Positions 10,465 to 20,992 are shown, numbered from the stretch's first letter. The stretch: 64,000 nt of DNA from an uncultured delta proteobacterium (GCA_963769935.1 CAVYNY010000022.1:672001-736000); one strand, 5' to 3'. Made by a program: numbers and translations. The notes: generated from the letters alone by a model not told the origin.

Positions 10465-11199
10465 ATGAGACAACCGAAAGACTATATTATATTTCCACTG
10501 GATGTCGCTTCGCCAGATGAGGCCAAGCGATATGTCGAACTGCTGGCCGGTCATGTGGGGCTGTTCAAAGTGGGACTGGAACTGTTTATTCGCTCCGGAC
10601 CTGATATCGTCCGATTTATCAACGCCGACGGAGGGGCCGGGGTGTTTCTGGACCTGAAACTGCATGATATTCCGGCCACCGTATCCCGTGCCATGTCCGG
10701 AATAGCCGATCTTGGCGTTCGATATGCTACGGTGCATTGCGGCGAGACGCCTAGAATGCTTGAGGCGGCGGTTGAGGGCGGCCGAGGCGCGGTGGACATT
10801 CTGGCTGTAACGGTGCTGACCAGCGTGTCGGCCGACGACATCCGGCTGGCCGGCTATCGGTCGGAAGATTATCCGGATTTGGCCAGTTTGGTAATAAACC
10901 GGGCTGCCATGGCTAAAACCGCCGGTTGCGCCGGAGTGATTTGCTCGGGCCATGAAGCTGCCATGATCAAGCGTGAGTTTGGAAAAGAATTTGCCGCCGT
11001 CACCCCGGGGATTCGTCCGCAATGGTCCCTGGGTAAACCGGATGATCAGCAGCGCGTCATGACACCCGCCCGGGCCATCCGCAACGGCTCGGATTACCTC
11101 GTAATCGGCAGACCCATTCGGAACGCGCGCGATCCCGTCCGGGCAGCTGTCAATGTCGCCGAAGAAATTGAGGCAGCCATATTATCAAATGTCGAATGA
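10465..11199 (+). CDS. pyrF: Orotidine-5'-phosphate decarboxylase
   Basis: FKVGLEL, FLDLKLHDIPATV, AVTVLTS, VTPGIR, DDQQRVMTP, VIGRPI. Confidence 0.97.
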   Translation: MRQPKDYIIFPLDVASPDEAKRYVELLAGHVGLFKVGLELFIRSGPDIVRFINADGGAGVFLDLKLHDIPATVSRAMSGIADLGVRYATVHCGETPRMLEAAVEGGRGAVDILAVTVLTSVSADDIRLAGYRSEDYPDLASLVINRAAMAKTAGCAGVICSGHEAAMIKREFGKEFAAVTPGIRPQWSLGKPDDQQRVMTPARAIRNGSDYLVIGRPIRNARDPVRAAVNVAEEIEAAILSNVE

Positions 11200-11211
11200 C
11201 GAAGGAGGATT

Positions 11212-11254
11212 TTATTCCAACATTGAAAACCTGGCTCTCCGGGCCAGGATTCTT
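11212..11254. repeat. 43-bp palindromic dispersed repeat, copy 1
   Basis: ttattccaacattgaaaacctggctctccgggccaggattctt. Confidence 0.75.
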
Positions 11255-11410
11255 AACGTGTCACCCGATCAAAAAATGATGGTATTTTCTAAAGATTTCA
11301 AACAGTAGTGCCGATAGTACCTGATAATGACAAAATCGTTGCTTGAGCAAACGCCGGGGTAATCAACTTATCCAGGGAAATTCCGCCCCAAGCTCGCTAA
11401 AGAGGGTTCA

Positions 11411-13777
11411 ATGAACGACATTGCGACAAAACTGCTTGAAGAACTCGGTGGGATCGGGACCAACGAGACCGATGAATCTTCTGAACCATCGTCAGAAGCC
11501 TTCCTTGAAGGTCTATCCGCTGAATCAAATGACCTGGACAAATGGCATGTCCTGCTGGTGGAATTGGCCTATGTACTGAATGCATCTTTTCGAGACGTCC
11601 ACTACTGGGAAGGCGTGAAAAAAAAGCAGGATACCTTTCTTCAACTAGTCAAAACATTGCATGAACTCGATCGCATGCCCAAGCACGACGAAACCGTTCA
11701 TATCAACTATCGCGGGTCACAGCTGACTGATCTGCCCGCCAAGCTCGATTATATTATTCAATTCGGTGATTTGGTGGTTGACTATAACGTGGTTGCCGAA
11801 TTGATTAAACGTCAGGGAATTCGGTTCAAGCATTTTGAGGGGCGGATCAAAAAAGCTTTTGAGGCTTTTGCTGAGCAGGCCATCAGCAGTGTCTCTTTGA
11901 AAATTCCGGGGAGGTCTCAACGGTCGTTGGAAATGATGCAAATTTCGCTGCGGATTTTTTCCTGCTTCAATCAGGCGGCCGAGACCCTGTCTCCGATTAC
12001 ATTTGAAAAGAGCGATAAACAATGCTCTTTGATGCCGATAGTCGACGAATTCGATCAACCGGATCCCAACCTGACGCTGCTGGCTGCGCTCAACAACTTG
12101 GATGAAACGACCATGCAGCAATTGGTTCGCAAGGTGGCACCCGTGGCCGGTCGAAATTCCGATGAATTTTCCGAACAACCTCACTCAAGCGTCTACCAAA
12201 CCGTTTTTAAGGTTAAAAATCTGCGGGAGAAGCTGATGCGGCCGCCGCTGGAGGTCAACAGCAACAATTCTCTGGCCATGTTCATGAGCCGGGGCGAGAC
12301 CGCCCCGCATGAGATTGTGGTCAAGGAGTATGACAGCAGTTCGGCCGGCCCTTCAGCTTCAAATATCGATCCGGCGACCCTCAAAACCGGTGTGGCCCAG
12401 TTTGCCAAGGCCGCTTTCAAAGGATCGCTGCAGCATGCCAAGTTGGCGCTGAAAAGTGTCTTTGCGCGGGACTACAACCAAGTTAATTTGAAAATACTCA
12501 GCCAGCGAATCAAGTTGCTTTCCCCTCTATTAAAGATGATGCAGAAAAATCCCAGGGGGGAGAAGATCCTTGACAGCGTGCTTGAAACACTGCAGACGGG
12601 TATCGATCAAGTGCCGGACGATCTGCTCGATGATATGGTCGTGCAGGATAATTTGGTCAAATTTTGGTCCGGAGAAAAAGAGATCGTGGTCGGTGAGGCC
12701 GACAATAACCTGCTGGATGTTCTCGAAGTCTCCAAAAGACGGTCAATTGAGCGCAAAAAGGGCAGGTCCCCTATTAATCCTTATGAAAAGCTTGCGGATG
12801 AAGACTATCAGACGCTGGCCGAGCGATTTGATGTCACGGCCGCGGATGCCACTGAAATTGTTTCTTTATTTCAGAAATGCTTCGATAAGCAGGGTAATTT
12901 TCAAAGAGCCGCCTTTGCCAGAATTATTTCCGAGCTCATGCGCTATGAAGGAATTATTTTCGAGGTGTTATGGGAATTTCTCAAGGAAACCCCGGAGGGC
13001 AAGGATCGTTTGCCGTTTTTAAATTCCTTTCAGCTGCTGATCCGAGAGACCCGTCAGCCCATTAAAGCAATAAAACTCCTGTTGTCGGATTTTATGATGA
13101 ATCCTTCGGCAATCGGTTTTCCGGATCGAAATGCCATCATGCTGGCGAATCAATTTCTGCGCACCTACAATAAAGAAATAAATATGGACATTGAGATTAC
13201 CCCGGAAGAGGTGCTTCTGGTTAAAATCGGTCTCGATCAGAAAGCCGCCGCATATGCCGCCTGGCGCGTTGATGGGCAGCAGAAAAAGTTTTTGGAAAAA
13301 ATCGTTATGATTCGCCGGCGATTGATTGAGTTGCTCACGGCCTCTCATAAAGATGAAGGATTTTTACCCATTCGATTTTTGCTGGCTCTCGAACGGGAAA
13401 TCCACATATTTTTAGCGCTGGCAGGGGGGAATACCGCGGCCATGGTATTGCGAAGTGCGCTGAAGGTATACGGCAAACCCGATTCGCAGGTATATCACCT
13501 GCCGGAAAGCGAAGGGCTCATGACACCTTTGATACAGCACCTGGCCGCTTTAATCCGCGGCTTCGGACGTGTCGGTACGACCCAGGATCTGGTCATGCTG
13601 GATGAAATAAAGGCACATAAAGAAGGGTTTTTGGACCTCGGAAAAGATCAGCGTCATGCCGCACTGATCAAACGCACTATGGGTTGGATCGACATGGCCA
13701 AGAACGAGATCAGCGCCCGGCCGCCCCAAGCTGCAACACCGGAAAAAAATGCCGCTGGCTTCCGTCAAAAGGTATGA
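11411..13777 (+). CDS. Large hypothetical protein (788 aa)
   Basis: Long uninterrupted ORF with GAGGG upstream; no motif recognised. Confidence 0.8.
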   Translation: MNDIATKLLEELGGIGTNETDESSEPSSEAFLEGLSAESNDLDKWHVLLVELAYVLNASFRDVHYWEGVKKKQDTFLQLVKTLHELDRMPKHDETVHINYRGSQLTDLPAKLDYIIQFGDLVVDYNVVAELIKRQGIRFKHFEGRIKKAFEAFAEQAISSVSLKIPGRSQRSLEMMQISLRIFSCFNQAAETLSPITFEKSDKQCSLMPIVDEFDQPDPNLTLLAALNNLDETTMQQLVRKVAPVAGRNSDEFSEQPHSSVYQTVFKVKNLREKLMRPPLEVNSNNSLAMFMSRGETAPHEIVVKEYDSSSAGPSASNIDPATLKTGVAQFAKAAFKGSLQHAKLALKSVFARDYNQVNLKILSQRIKLLSPLLKMMQKNPRGEKILDSVLETLQTGIDQVPDDLLDDMVVQDNLVKFWSGEKEIVVGEADNNLLDVLEVSKRRSIERKKGRSPINPYEKLADEDYQTLAERFDVTAADATEIVSLFQKCFDKQGNFQRAAFARIISELMRYEGIIFEVLWEFLKETPEGKDRLPFLNSFQLLIRETRQPIKAIKLLLSDFMMNPSAIGFPDRNAIMLANQFLRTYNKEINMDIEITPEEVLLVKIGLDQKAAAYAAWRVDGQQKKFLEKIVMIRRRLIELLTASHKDEGFLPIRFLLALEREIHIFLALAGGNTAAMVLRSALKVYGKPDSQVYHLPESEGLMTPLIQHLAALIRGFGRVGTTQDLVMLDEIKAHKEGFLDLGKDQRHAALIKRTMGWIDMAKNEISARPPQAATPEKNAAGFRQKV

Positions 13778-13861
13778 AAGATCCGGTATATCGTTAATCC
13801 TAGAAGAATTGCCCCCAGAAGAAGCGCCAGTATCTGTTGAGCGGGGCTGAATTTCCTCATT

Positions 13862-15079
13862 TTATTCTTTGTCCAAACCGAAGGCCGTGTGCAGCACCCT
13901 GACGGCCAGCTCCGTATATTTTTCTTCGATAATGCAGGAAATTCTGATTTCCGACGTGCTGATCAGCAGAATGTTAATATTTTCGGCAGCCAGCGTGGCA
14001 AACATGGTGGAGGCCACCCCGGAGTGATCCTTCATCCCAACGCCGATGACGGAGACCATGGCAATTTTTACATCGCCGTACACATCTTCGGCCCCGATTT
14101 CCCGGGCAATCTGTTTTTGGATGTCCAGGGCCGTATTATAGCTTGCCCTGGGTACCGTGAAAGTGAGGTCGGTTTGCCCGCCGGCCCGGGTATTTTGAAT
14201 AATCATATCCACCACGATCCCGGCCTCAGCCAGGGGGGTGAAAATTTTGGCTGCTATTCCCGGCTGATCCGGGACCTTTTTCAGGGTGATGCGGGCCTGA
14301 TTTTTATCATGGGTGACACCGGAGACGACGAGTCGTTCCATCCCGGAATCTTCATTGACGACCATGGTTCCCTCCTCTTCAGTGAACGATGATCTTACGT
14401 GCACAGGAATGTTGTATTTTTTGGCAAAACCGACCGACCGGATCTGGAGCACTTTGGCGCCGAGGCTGGCCATGTTCAGCATTTCATCATAGGATATGGC
14501 TTTGAGCTTGCGGGCTTTGTCGCATATATTCGGATCGGCGGTATAGACACCGTCCACATCGGTGTAAATTTCACAGACGTCCGCCTTCAAGGCCGCGGCG
14601 ATGGCCACCGCCGAGGTGTCGGAGCCGCCGCGCCCCAGGGTCGTGATGTTGCCCTGGGGATCGCAGCCCTGGAATCCGGCGATCACAACAAGGTTGCGGC
14701 TTTTAAGAAGTTCTTTGATTCGATCGGTTTTAATATCAACGATGCGGGCGTTTCCGAAGCAACGGTTCGTGACCACTTCGGCCTGGTATCCCAGCAGGGA
14801 CTGGGCGGGGTAATTCATCGACTTCAGCATCATGGCCAGTAAGGCGGCGGTGGTTTGCTCGCCGGTCGCCAAAAGTACATCGAGCTCCCGACGGTCCGGC
14901 AGCTCCGTTACCTCCTGGGCCATGCCGATTAATTTATCGGTAATTCCGGCCATCGCCGACAGAATGACAACCACATTGTTGCCCTGTTCATAGGTTTTGA
15001 CTACGCGTCGGGCGACATTTCGAATACGCTCAAGATTTGCTACTGATGTTCCACCGTATTTTTGAACGATTAAACTCAT
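13862..15079 (-). CDS. lysC: Aspartate kinase
   Basis: [39 protein letters not shown]-terminal ACT domains. Confidence 0.97.
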   Translation of the reverse strand: MSLIVQKYGGTSVANLERIRNVARRVVKTYEQGNNVVVILSAMAGITDKLIGMAQEVTELPDRRELDVLLATGEQTTAALLAMMLKSMNYPAQSLLGYQAEVVTNRCFGNARIVDIKTDRIKELLKSRNLVVIAGFQGCDPQGNITTLGRGGSDTSAVAIAAALKADVCEIYTDVDGVYTADPNICDKARKLKAISYDEMLNMASLGAKVLQIRSVGFAKKYNIPVHVRSSFTEEEGTMVVNEDSGMERLVVSGVTHDKNQARITLKKVPDQPGIAAKIFTPLAEAGIVVDMIIQNTRAGGQTDLTFTVPRASYNTALDIQKQIAREIGAEDVYGDVKIAMVSVIGVGMKDHSGVASTMFATLAAENINILLISTSEIRISCIIEEKYTELAVRVLHTAFGLDKE

Positions 15080-15091
15080 TTCAATCTTCCG

Positions 15092-15571
15092 TTAACTAAT
15101 GCGCTCAAGGGCTTTTATCAAACCAATTTCATTTTGTCCAGACGCTTTGATCCGGATTTTGCGGCTATTGTCAGCAATAATTTCAAACGTCAGGGACAGA
15201 TACGCGTCAAAAACGGCATCCGGCAGTTTATCCGCCCACTCAATGGCAATAACGGCCTGATCATGCAGCAGTTCGTCCAGGCCGATGTCTTCAAAATCGT
15301 TGAGGCCCTCCAGGCGATAAAGATCGATATGAAACAGAGGCAAGCGGCCGGGATATTCATTGATCAGGGTGAAGGTCGGGCTGGTGATATAGTAACCGGC
15401 CGGGACTCCCAATCCCTGGGCCAAACCCTGTACCAAGGCGGTTTTGCCGCAGCCGAGATCACCGATCAGGGCGATGATACACGGCTGCTTTATCAGTATA
15501 CCGATTTTCCGGCCCAGTTCGCGGGTTTCATCGTCCGAATGAGTTGCCAAATTTAATCTTTTGCCAACCAT
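15092..15571 (-). CDS. tsaE: tRNA threonylcarbamoyladenosine biosynthesis ATPase
   Basis: GDLGCGKT, ITSPTFTLINEY, HIDLYRL, IEW. Confidence 0.95.
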   Translation of the reverse strand: MVGKRLNLATHSDDETRELGRKIGILIKQPCIIALIGDLGCGKTALVQGLAQGLGVPAGYYITSPTFTLINEYPGRLPLFHIDLYRLEGLNDFEDIGLDELLHDQAVIAIEWADKLPDAVFDAYLSLTFEIIADNSRKIRIKASGQNEIGLIKALERIS

Positions 15572-15576
15572 AAATA

Positions 15577-17133
15577 TCAGAAGTTACGAATCATTTTTTT
15601 AATCTCCCCCGGAATTGCCTTAATGACATCACCGGCCAGAAAACCATACGGTCCGATGGCTTCTGCAAGGGTATCGGCAGCGGCGCCGTGCAGATAGGTG
15701 CCGGCATGGGAGGCGGTCTCGGGAGAAAAACCCTGGGTCACCATTCCGGCAATGATTCCGGTCAGGACATCCCCCATGCCGCCCGAGGCCATTCCGGAAT
15801 TGCCGGTAGGATTGATGAAAACCCGGCCGTCCGGATGGGCAATCACAGTGCGGGCACCTTTGAGAACGACATGCACCCGGCAGCCGACTGCAAATTCCCT
15901 GGCACATTTAACCCGGTCGCTTTGCACCGTGCTGACTTCAGCGTCCACCAGCCGGGCCATTTCACCGGGGTGGGGGGTTAAAATGACGGGGGCTTTCGTT
16001 CTTTGAAGGATTTCCAGCCGGCCGGCCAGATGGTTTATACCGTCGGCATCAACGACGACCGGAATTTCGCTGTCCTTAATGATTCTCCGGACAAGCTCAC
16101 CGGTTTCCGGTTCCTGACCCAGGCCGGGTCCGATGGCCAGGCATTTTTTGCCGGCCATCAAATTTCTAATTGCAGCGGCGGCGGATTCGGTGATAATTCC
16201 GGCCCGGCTTTCCGGCAGCGGGGCCGTCATGGCTTCCAGCATCCCGGCTTCCAGGATAGGGTTTAAACTTTCCGCAATTCCCAGGGTTACCAGGCCGGCG
16301 CCCGCGCGCAGTGCCGAGTGGCAGGTCATCGCAGCCGCCCCGGTTTTACCGGTGGATCCGGCGATAACCAGCAGGTGTCCGGTGCGGCCTTTATGGGCGT
16401 CCGGCGGTCGAGGTTTAAAGTAAGATCGAATGCGCCGGGCGGTTAACAGAAACTGTTTGGGACGCACAGCTTCCACAATGGGAGGGGGTATTCCGATATC
16501 AACGATTTCGAGGGCTCCGGTGAGATCAGCCCCCGGGTATACCATGTGGCCGATTTTGGCAAATGCAAAGGTTGCCGTAGCCCGGGCACGTATGCAGGCG
16601 CCGCATGCATGACCGGTATCGGAATTCAAACCCGAGGGGATATCAACGGCAAACACCGGTTTGTTGAGTTCGTTGATAAACTCGATAACAGTCTTGAAAT
16701 AGCCTTTAACATCCGATTTCAGCCCGGTGCCGAGCAGAGCATCGACCCATACATCCAACCCGGTCAATTCAGATTTCAGGCGGGAAAATGAGGCTGCATC
16801 CGGAAGTTCAACCAACGGGATGTTCAGCGGTTTCAGGAACCTGAGATTGGCTGCCGCATCACCTTGAACCTTGCCGGAATCGGCAAGCAGGTAAACGGAT
16901 ACCGCCAGGCCCTTTTGCTTCAGGTAGCGGGCAATTACAAATCCGTCGCCGCCGTTGTTGCCCCGGCCGGATAGCACCCCGATCCGTTGATTTTTTAAAT
17001 CCGGGAATTGCTCGAGCAAAAAATGCGTCGCTCCCCGGCCGGCATTTTCCATTAAAACCATGCCGGGAATTCCAAATTCCTCAATGGTCCGGCGATCGAT
17101 TTGCTGCATTTCACTGGCGGTTACAATAATCAT
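15577..17133 (-). CDS. nnr: Bifunctional NAD(P)H-hydrate epimerase/dehydratase
   Basis: LMENAG, GNNGGDG, DALLGTG, DIPSG, HKG..G, LTPHPGEMARL, GGMGDVLTG. Confidence 0.96.
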   Translation of the reverse strand: MIIVTASEMQQIDRRTIEEFGIPGMVLMENAGRGATHFLLEQFPDLKNQRIGVLSGRGNNGGDGFVIARYLKQKGLAVSVYLLADSGKVQGDAAANLRFLKPLNIPLVELPDAASFSRLKSELTGLDVWVDALLGTGLKSDVKGYFKTVIEFINELNKPVFAVDIPSGLNSDTGHACGACIRARATATFAFAKIGHMVYPGADLTGALEIVDIGIPPPIVEAVRPKQFLLTARRIRSYFKPRPPDAHKGRTGHLLVIAGSTGKTGAAAMTCHSALRAGAGLVTLGIAESLNPILEAGMLEAMTAPLPESRAGIITESAAAAIRNLMAGKKCLAIGPGLGQEPETGELVRRIIKDSEIPVVVDADGINHLAGRLEILQRTKAPVILTPHPGEMARLVDAEVSTVQSDRVKCAREFAVGCRVHVVLKGARTVIAHPDGRVFINPTGNSGMASGGMGDVLTGIIAGMVTQGFSPETASHAGTYLHGAAADTLAEAIGPYGFLAGDVIKAIPGEIKKMIRNF

Positions 17134-17174
17134 ATCATGCTCCCCATTTTGTATTCAGAGGACAGCGTTCAGAT

Positions 17175-17894
17175 CTAAAGCGCTTTAATCAGCCGGATCA
17201 TTTCCGTGACGGCGGCTTGCATTCCCGTCAGGACGGCCCGGGATATTATGCTGTGGCCGATGCTGAATTCATCGATTTCCGGGATGCCCTTAAAGGCCTT
17301 GATTGTTTTATAGCACAGCCCGCGGCCGGCTTTGACACTTAACTTAAGCTTGTAGGCGAGTTTCACGGCATCGACAATATTCAGAAAGGCCTGATGTCTT
17401 TTTTGAGCAGTTTTAGCCTCACAGTAACTTCCGGTATGGACTTCAATCATGGTGGCGTTGCTCTTATGGGCCAGTTTAACCTGTTCGGGTTCCGGGTCGA
17501 CCAGCAGTCCCACCGGAATGCCGCTGTTTTGCAATGTCGTCACGGTCTCGGAAATATCATCACGGGTCACAATAAGATCCAACCCGCCGTTGGCAGTGGA
17601 CTCATCGCGTTTTTCGGGTACCAGTGTCACCAGATCGGGCTTTATATCCAGGGCAACACCGACCATCTCCGACGTCGATGCCATTTCCAGAATCAGTTTG
17701 GTCTGCACAATGCTGCGCAGGATGCGAACATCTCTATCTTTGATGTACCGGCGATCCTGTCGGAGGTGCACAATGATGCCGTCGGCCCCTGACACTTCAG
17801 CCAAGGCCGCAGCTGTTACCGGGTCAGGAAATTGACTTCCCCGAGCCGCTCTTAAGGCCGCCACCTGATCAACTTTTACCGCTAATCCTGTCAT
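17175..17894 (-). CDS. pdxJ: Pyridoxine 5'-phosphate synthase homolog with altered active site
   Basis: PDPV..AA.AE.GADGI.VHLR.DRR.I.DRDV, LVPEKR, IEVHTG, IGHSIISRA; start MTGLAV after GGGAG. Confidence 0.88.
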   Translation of the reverse strand: MTGLAVKVDQVAALRAARGSQFPDPVTAAALAEVSGADGIIVHLRQDRRYIKDRDVRILRSIVQTKLILEMASTSEMVGVALDIKPDLVTLVPEKRDESTANGGLDLIVTRDDISETVTTLQNSGIPVGLLVDPEPEQVKLAHKSNATMIEVHTGSYCEAKTAQKRHQAFLNIVDAVKLAYKLKLSVKAGRGLCYKTIKAFKGIPEIDEFSIGHSIISRAVLTGMQAAVTEMIRLIKAL

Positions 17895-17913
17895 CGACGA
17901 GTCTCCCCCTTTT

Positions 17914-18077
17914 GAATGACGAATGATACTGAAGGACGATAATGTACGAATCCAATCGATTAGAATGATCGTCAAATCTTCGCAATCCGAATCGTTATAG
18001 AATTATTGATTTTAACCGATAGAATTCCTTCCAATTCGTCGTTCATCATTATCAGTCAATCGTCATTCTCAATCGTA
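17914..18077. repeat. Heptamer-arm element between ybeY and pdxJ
   Basis: gaatgac gaatgat...attcgtc gttcatc...aatcgtc attctc aatcgta; one arm encodes the ybeY C-terminus and stop. Confidence 0.7.
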
Positions 18078-18504
18078 TCAATTCCAAAAGTTCCCGGCTC
18101 TTTGCGTCCATGCGCCGGGCTTCACTTGCTGAATCTTCATGGTCATAACCAAACAAATGCAGGATTCCGTGAACCAGCAGTTCATAGAATCTGCGCTCGG
18201 TGCTCATGCCGCAATTTTGTGCTTCTGTGGCGGCTGTATCTGCAGATATTACCACGTCGCCCAAAAGATGGGGGGTGACATGTGAAAATTCGCCCTCGCG
18301 CATGGCAAAAGCAATTACATTTGTTGGACCCGGGCGGTTGAGATATTGGCGATTGAGTTTTTCGATCTGCAGATCATCCACGATAAGGATGGAAATTTCT
18401 CCATCAGGAAAGTCCAAGGCGCTTAAGATGGCCCGAACCGTTTGCTTTATCTTCTTCGGCGAGATTTTGAACCTGCTTTGCCTGTTGTCTATCAGGACTT
18501 GCAT
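18052..18504 (-). CDS. ybeY: rRNA maturation RNase YbeY
   Basis: LNRQYL..PGPTNVIAF, LLGDVVIS, LVHGILHLFGYDHE. Confidence 0.94.
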   Translation of the reverse strand: MQVLIDNRQSRFKISPKKIKQTVRAILSALDFPDGEISILIVDDLQIEKLNRQYLNRPGPTNVIAFAMREGEFSHVTPHLLGDVVISADTAATEAQNCGMSTERRFYELLVHGILHLFGYDHEDSASEARRMDAKSRELLELIRLRMTID

Positions 18505-20821
18505 TCCGTGATTTCCCTTTGCCATTTTCAGCGGCTGGTGCTCGTTTTTCGATATATTCGACCCGATGATGATGAATGCCGTTTAATAACTTGTTAAAAC
18601 TCCTGGCAATTTTGTGCAGGTCTTTCAGGGTTAATTCGCACTCGTCCAGCTGACCATCTGAAAAAATGTTGTTGATGAGGTTTTGGACCAGGCCTTGGAT
18701 CCTGGAGGGTGTCGGGTTCTCAAGGGTTCGCGAGGCCGCTTCAACGACATCGGCCAACATGACCAGTCCGGCTTCCCGGGTTTGCGGCTTGGGGCCCGGG
18801 TATCGGTAGTCATCAATGTTGACGGTATCTTCTCCCTTGATCTGTTTGGCCTTTTCAAAAAAATATTTGATAAGACTGGTGCCATGGTGCTGCCGGATGG
18901 TATCGATGATGACCTGACCCAGTTTGTTTTCTCTGGCAACTTCCACCCCGTCTTTAACATGGGCAATCAGGATCAGGCTGGACATGGATGGAGCCAATTT
19001 ATCATGCTTGTTTTTGCCGGGTTCTTGATTCTCGATAAAATAAAGGGGTTTTCTAATTTTGCCGACATCATGATAATATCCGCATACTTTGGCCAGCAAA
19101 TGGTTGGCTCCAATTTCGGATGCCGCAGCTTCCACCAGCGATCCGACGATCACCGAATGATGGTAGGTTCCCGCCGCTTCGAACATGAGCCTTCTCAGGA
19201 TCGGCCGCTCCAGGTTTGCCAGCTCAAGCAGTGAAATATCCGTCGTGTAGCCGAAAGCGATTTCAACCAGCGGCGCAAGGCCGGCGGTAACAATTCCGGC
19301 GCCCATTCCTCCCATAAAAGCAAACGTCCAATCCCATAAAAGCTTGGTGCCGGACAAATCCGCCAGGTAGAAACTAATGGCGGTGACCTGCAGAATATTG
19401 AGCAATCCAAGCTTGGCGCCGGCAATTATAAAGACCTTGCGCTCCTGGCAGTGTCGGATCCAATAGGCTGCCATGGTGCCGTTTATCAGATAGTAAATAA
19501 AAACAGTCAGGCTGTTTTCGAATATCAACGCAAAAGCGACCGCCATGATCGATGCCAGCGGCACGGCGACCCTCAACCCCATGAACAGACAGATAATCAT
19601 AGCACCGGACGCCAAGGGTATCCCATACCACAGTGAAGACATCTGAATGGGGATGGTCGCGTTGAGCGTCAGCACTTCGGATAATTTAAAACAGATTTCG
19701 GCCAGCAGGAAGAAGGTTAAAAACACACTTGCGATGAAAAGCAGACTTTTATTATGGGCTGCCGACAGCCGCCCCGCAGGGTTTAAATGAAGAACATAAG
19801 TGGTTGTCAACAGCAGCATCAGCATCAGCGCGGCACCAATGCTGGTTAAAAAAACCTGCTCTTTTTTGGTCTGGGTCTCCAGCGTTGCCAGTTTCAACAG
19901 CTGGACTTCCGTGACCCGCTCGCCTTCGCGCAAAAGCATCTCCCCGGCTTTTATTTTATGAAGTACCGGTTTAATGTCCGCCACGGCCTTTTCTTTGCGT
20001 TCCTCAGTTTCGCTGCGGTTTAAAGTGATATTGGGCTGAATGAGTCGCTGAACAAAATCCACCACCAGATTCAACAATCCATAGTCCAAATCTTTCAGCT
20101 GCGGCTGGCCGACAATTCGAACCATGGTTTTAGCCTGGTCGAGTCCGTAAATTTTTTTTAACTGGTGCAGCTCTTTTTCTTCTTTGGTGCCCACGTCCCG
20201 CAGACGAATGCCCTTTTCAGATTCTTTGAGCAGGATCTCCTTGTTGGTAACGACGCCATTGTCTAATATCGACGTTAATATCTGGTTTATGATGTCTGCA
20301 ATTTCCTTTGAAAAGCCGATATTTTCAAGCGCAGCAAAGGCGCCCGCGCTTACCCGAATGCCCAGCTCTTCTTCAAGGTATTGGCGTCCGTCGCCGATGG
20401 AATTTTGCGGCGGGGTTTTGCTCACCGCCGACGCCTGGTCGGAAGCTTCAGCAACTGGCGGCGGCTGATCGGATGCGTCTAGCGGCGCGGCAACGGTCCT
20501 CAATTTAGTAAAGACCTCGCCAACCTTGCGGGTCAATCTCTCGGCAAGCCCCGCGTCATAATCATAAACTGTGATCACGTTTTCGGCGGCCTTCTGCCGG
20601 TTTAACTCAGTAGCCGCCTTATCTTCGATAAAAAAATCCCTGGGAGATTTGATATCCCTTTCCGCAACATCTCCCAGCTTATATTGGTGTTTGGTGATCA
20701 CCAGGCTTGGAAACAGGATCATCGAGAAAAGAATCGTCACGCAACCCAGAATTCCCCAGCGCATGCGTCGGTCGTAATCGATATTCTTAGCGCCGGATTC
20801 TTTAGTTTTTTCTTTGCTCAT
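18404..20821 (-). CDS. 7TM-HD/HDIG membrane phosphohydrolase (PgpH-like)
   Basis: N-terminal TM, large extracytoplasmic domain, ~7 TM segments, then GTYHHS, YYHDVGK, YFIENQ, HHGT, YPGPKPQTRE, MLADVVEAASR. Confidence 0.93.
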   Translation of the reverse strand: MSKEKTKESGAKNIDYDRRMRWGILGCVTILFSMILFPSLVITKHQYKLGDVAERDIKSPRDFFIEDKAATELNRQKAAENVITVYDYDAGLAERLTRKVGEVFTKLRTVAAPLDASDQPPPVAEASDQASAVSKTPPQNSIGDGRQYLEEELGIRVSAGAFAALENIGFSKEIADIINQILTSILDNGVVTNKEILLKESEKGIRLRDVGTKEEKELHQLKKIYGLDQAKTMVRIVGQPQLKDLDYGLLNLVVDFVQRLIQPNITLNRSETEERKEKAVADIKPVLHKIKAGEMLLREGERVTEVQLLKLATLETQTKKEQVFLTSIGAALMLMLLLTTTYVLHLNPAGRLSAAHNKSLLFIASVFLTFFLLAEICFKLSEVLTLNATIPIQMSSLWYGIPLASGAMIICLFMGLRVAVPLASIMAVAFALIFENSLTVFIYYLINGTMAAYWIRHCQERKVFIIAGAKLGLLNILQVTAISFYLADLSGTKLLWDWTFAFMGGMGAGIVTAGLAPLVEIAFGYTTDISLLELANLERPILRRLMFEAAGTYHHSVIVGSLVEAAASEIGANHLLAKVCGYYHDVGKIRKPLYFIENQEPGKNKHDKLAPSMSSLILIAHVKDGVEVARENKLGQVIIDTIRQHHGTSLIKYFFEKAKQIKGEDTVNIDDYRYPGPKPQTREAGLVMLADVVEAASRTLENPTPSRIQGLVQNLINNIFSDGQLDECELTLKDLHKIARSFNKLLNGIHHHRVEYIEKRAPAAENGKGKSRNASPDRQQAKQVQNLAEEDKANGSGHLKRLGLS

Positions 20822-20992
20822 ATTTAAAATAGTTCGGAAAAATGCCCGAATGATAACCGAACGTCTCAGTAATTATCCATTTGTTCCCGCATTCCATCAA
20901 TTCAACTGCGGACCGCGATCTCAATTTGCCGACGGTAAAAAATATAACATCGTATCGGTTGGATACATATCTATCCGGGACATCAGCGCTTT

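Noticed and set aside
17895..17975. N-terminal extension of PdxJ in the ORF track
   Set aside because: It overlaps a repeat arm, and an RBS lies directly before ATG 17894.
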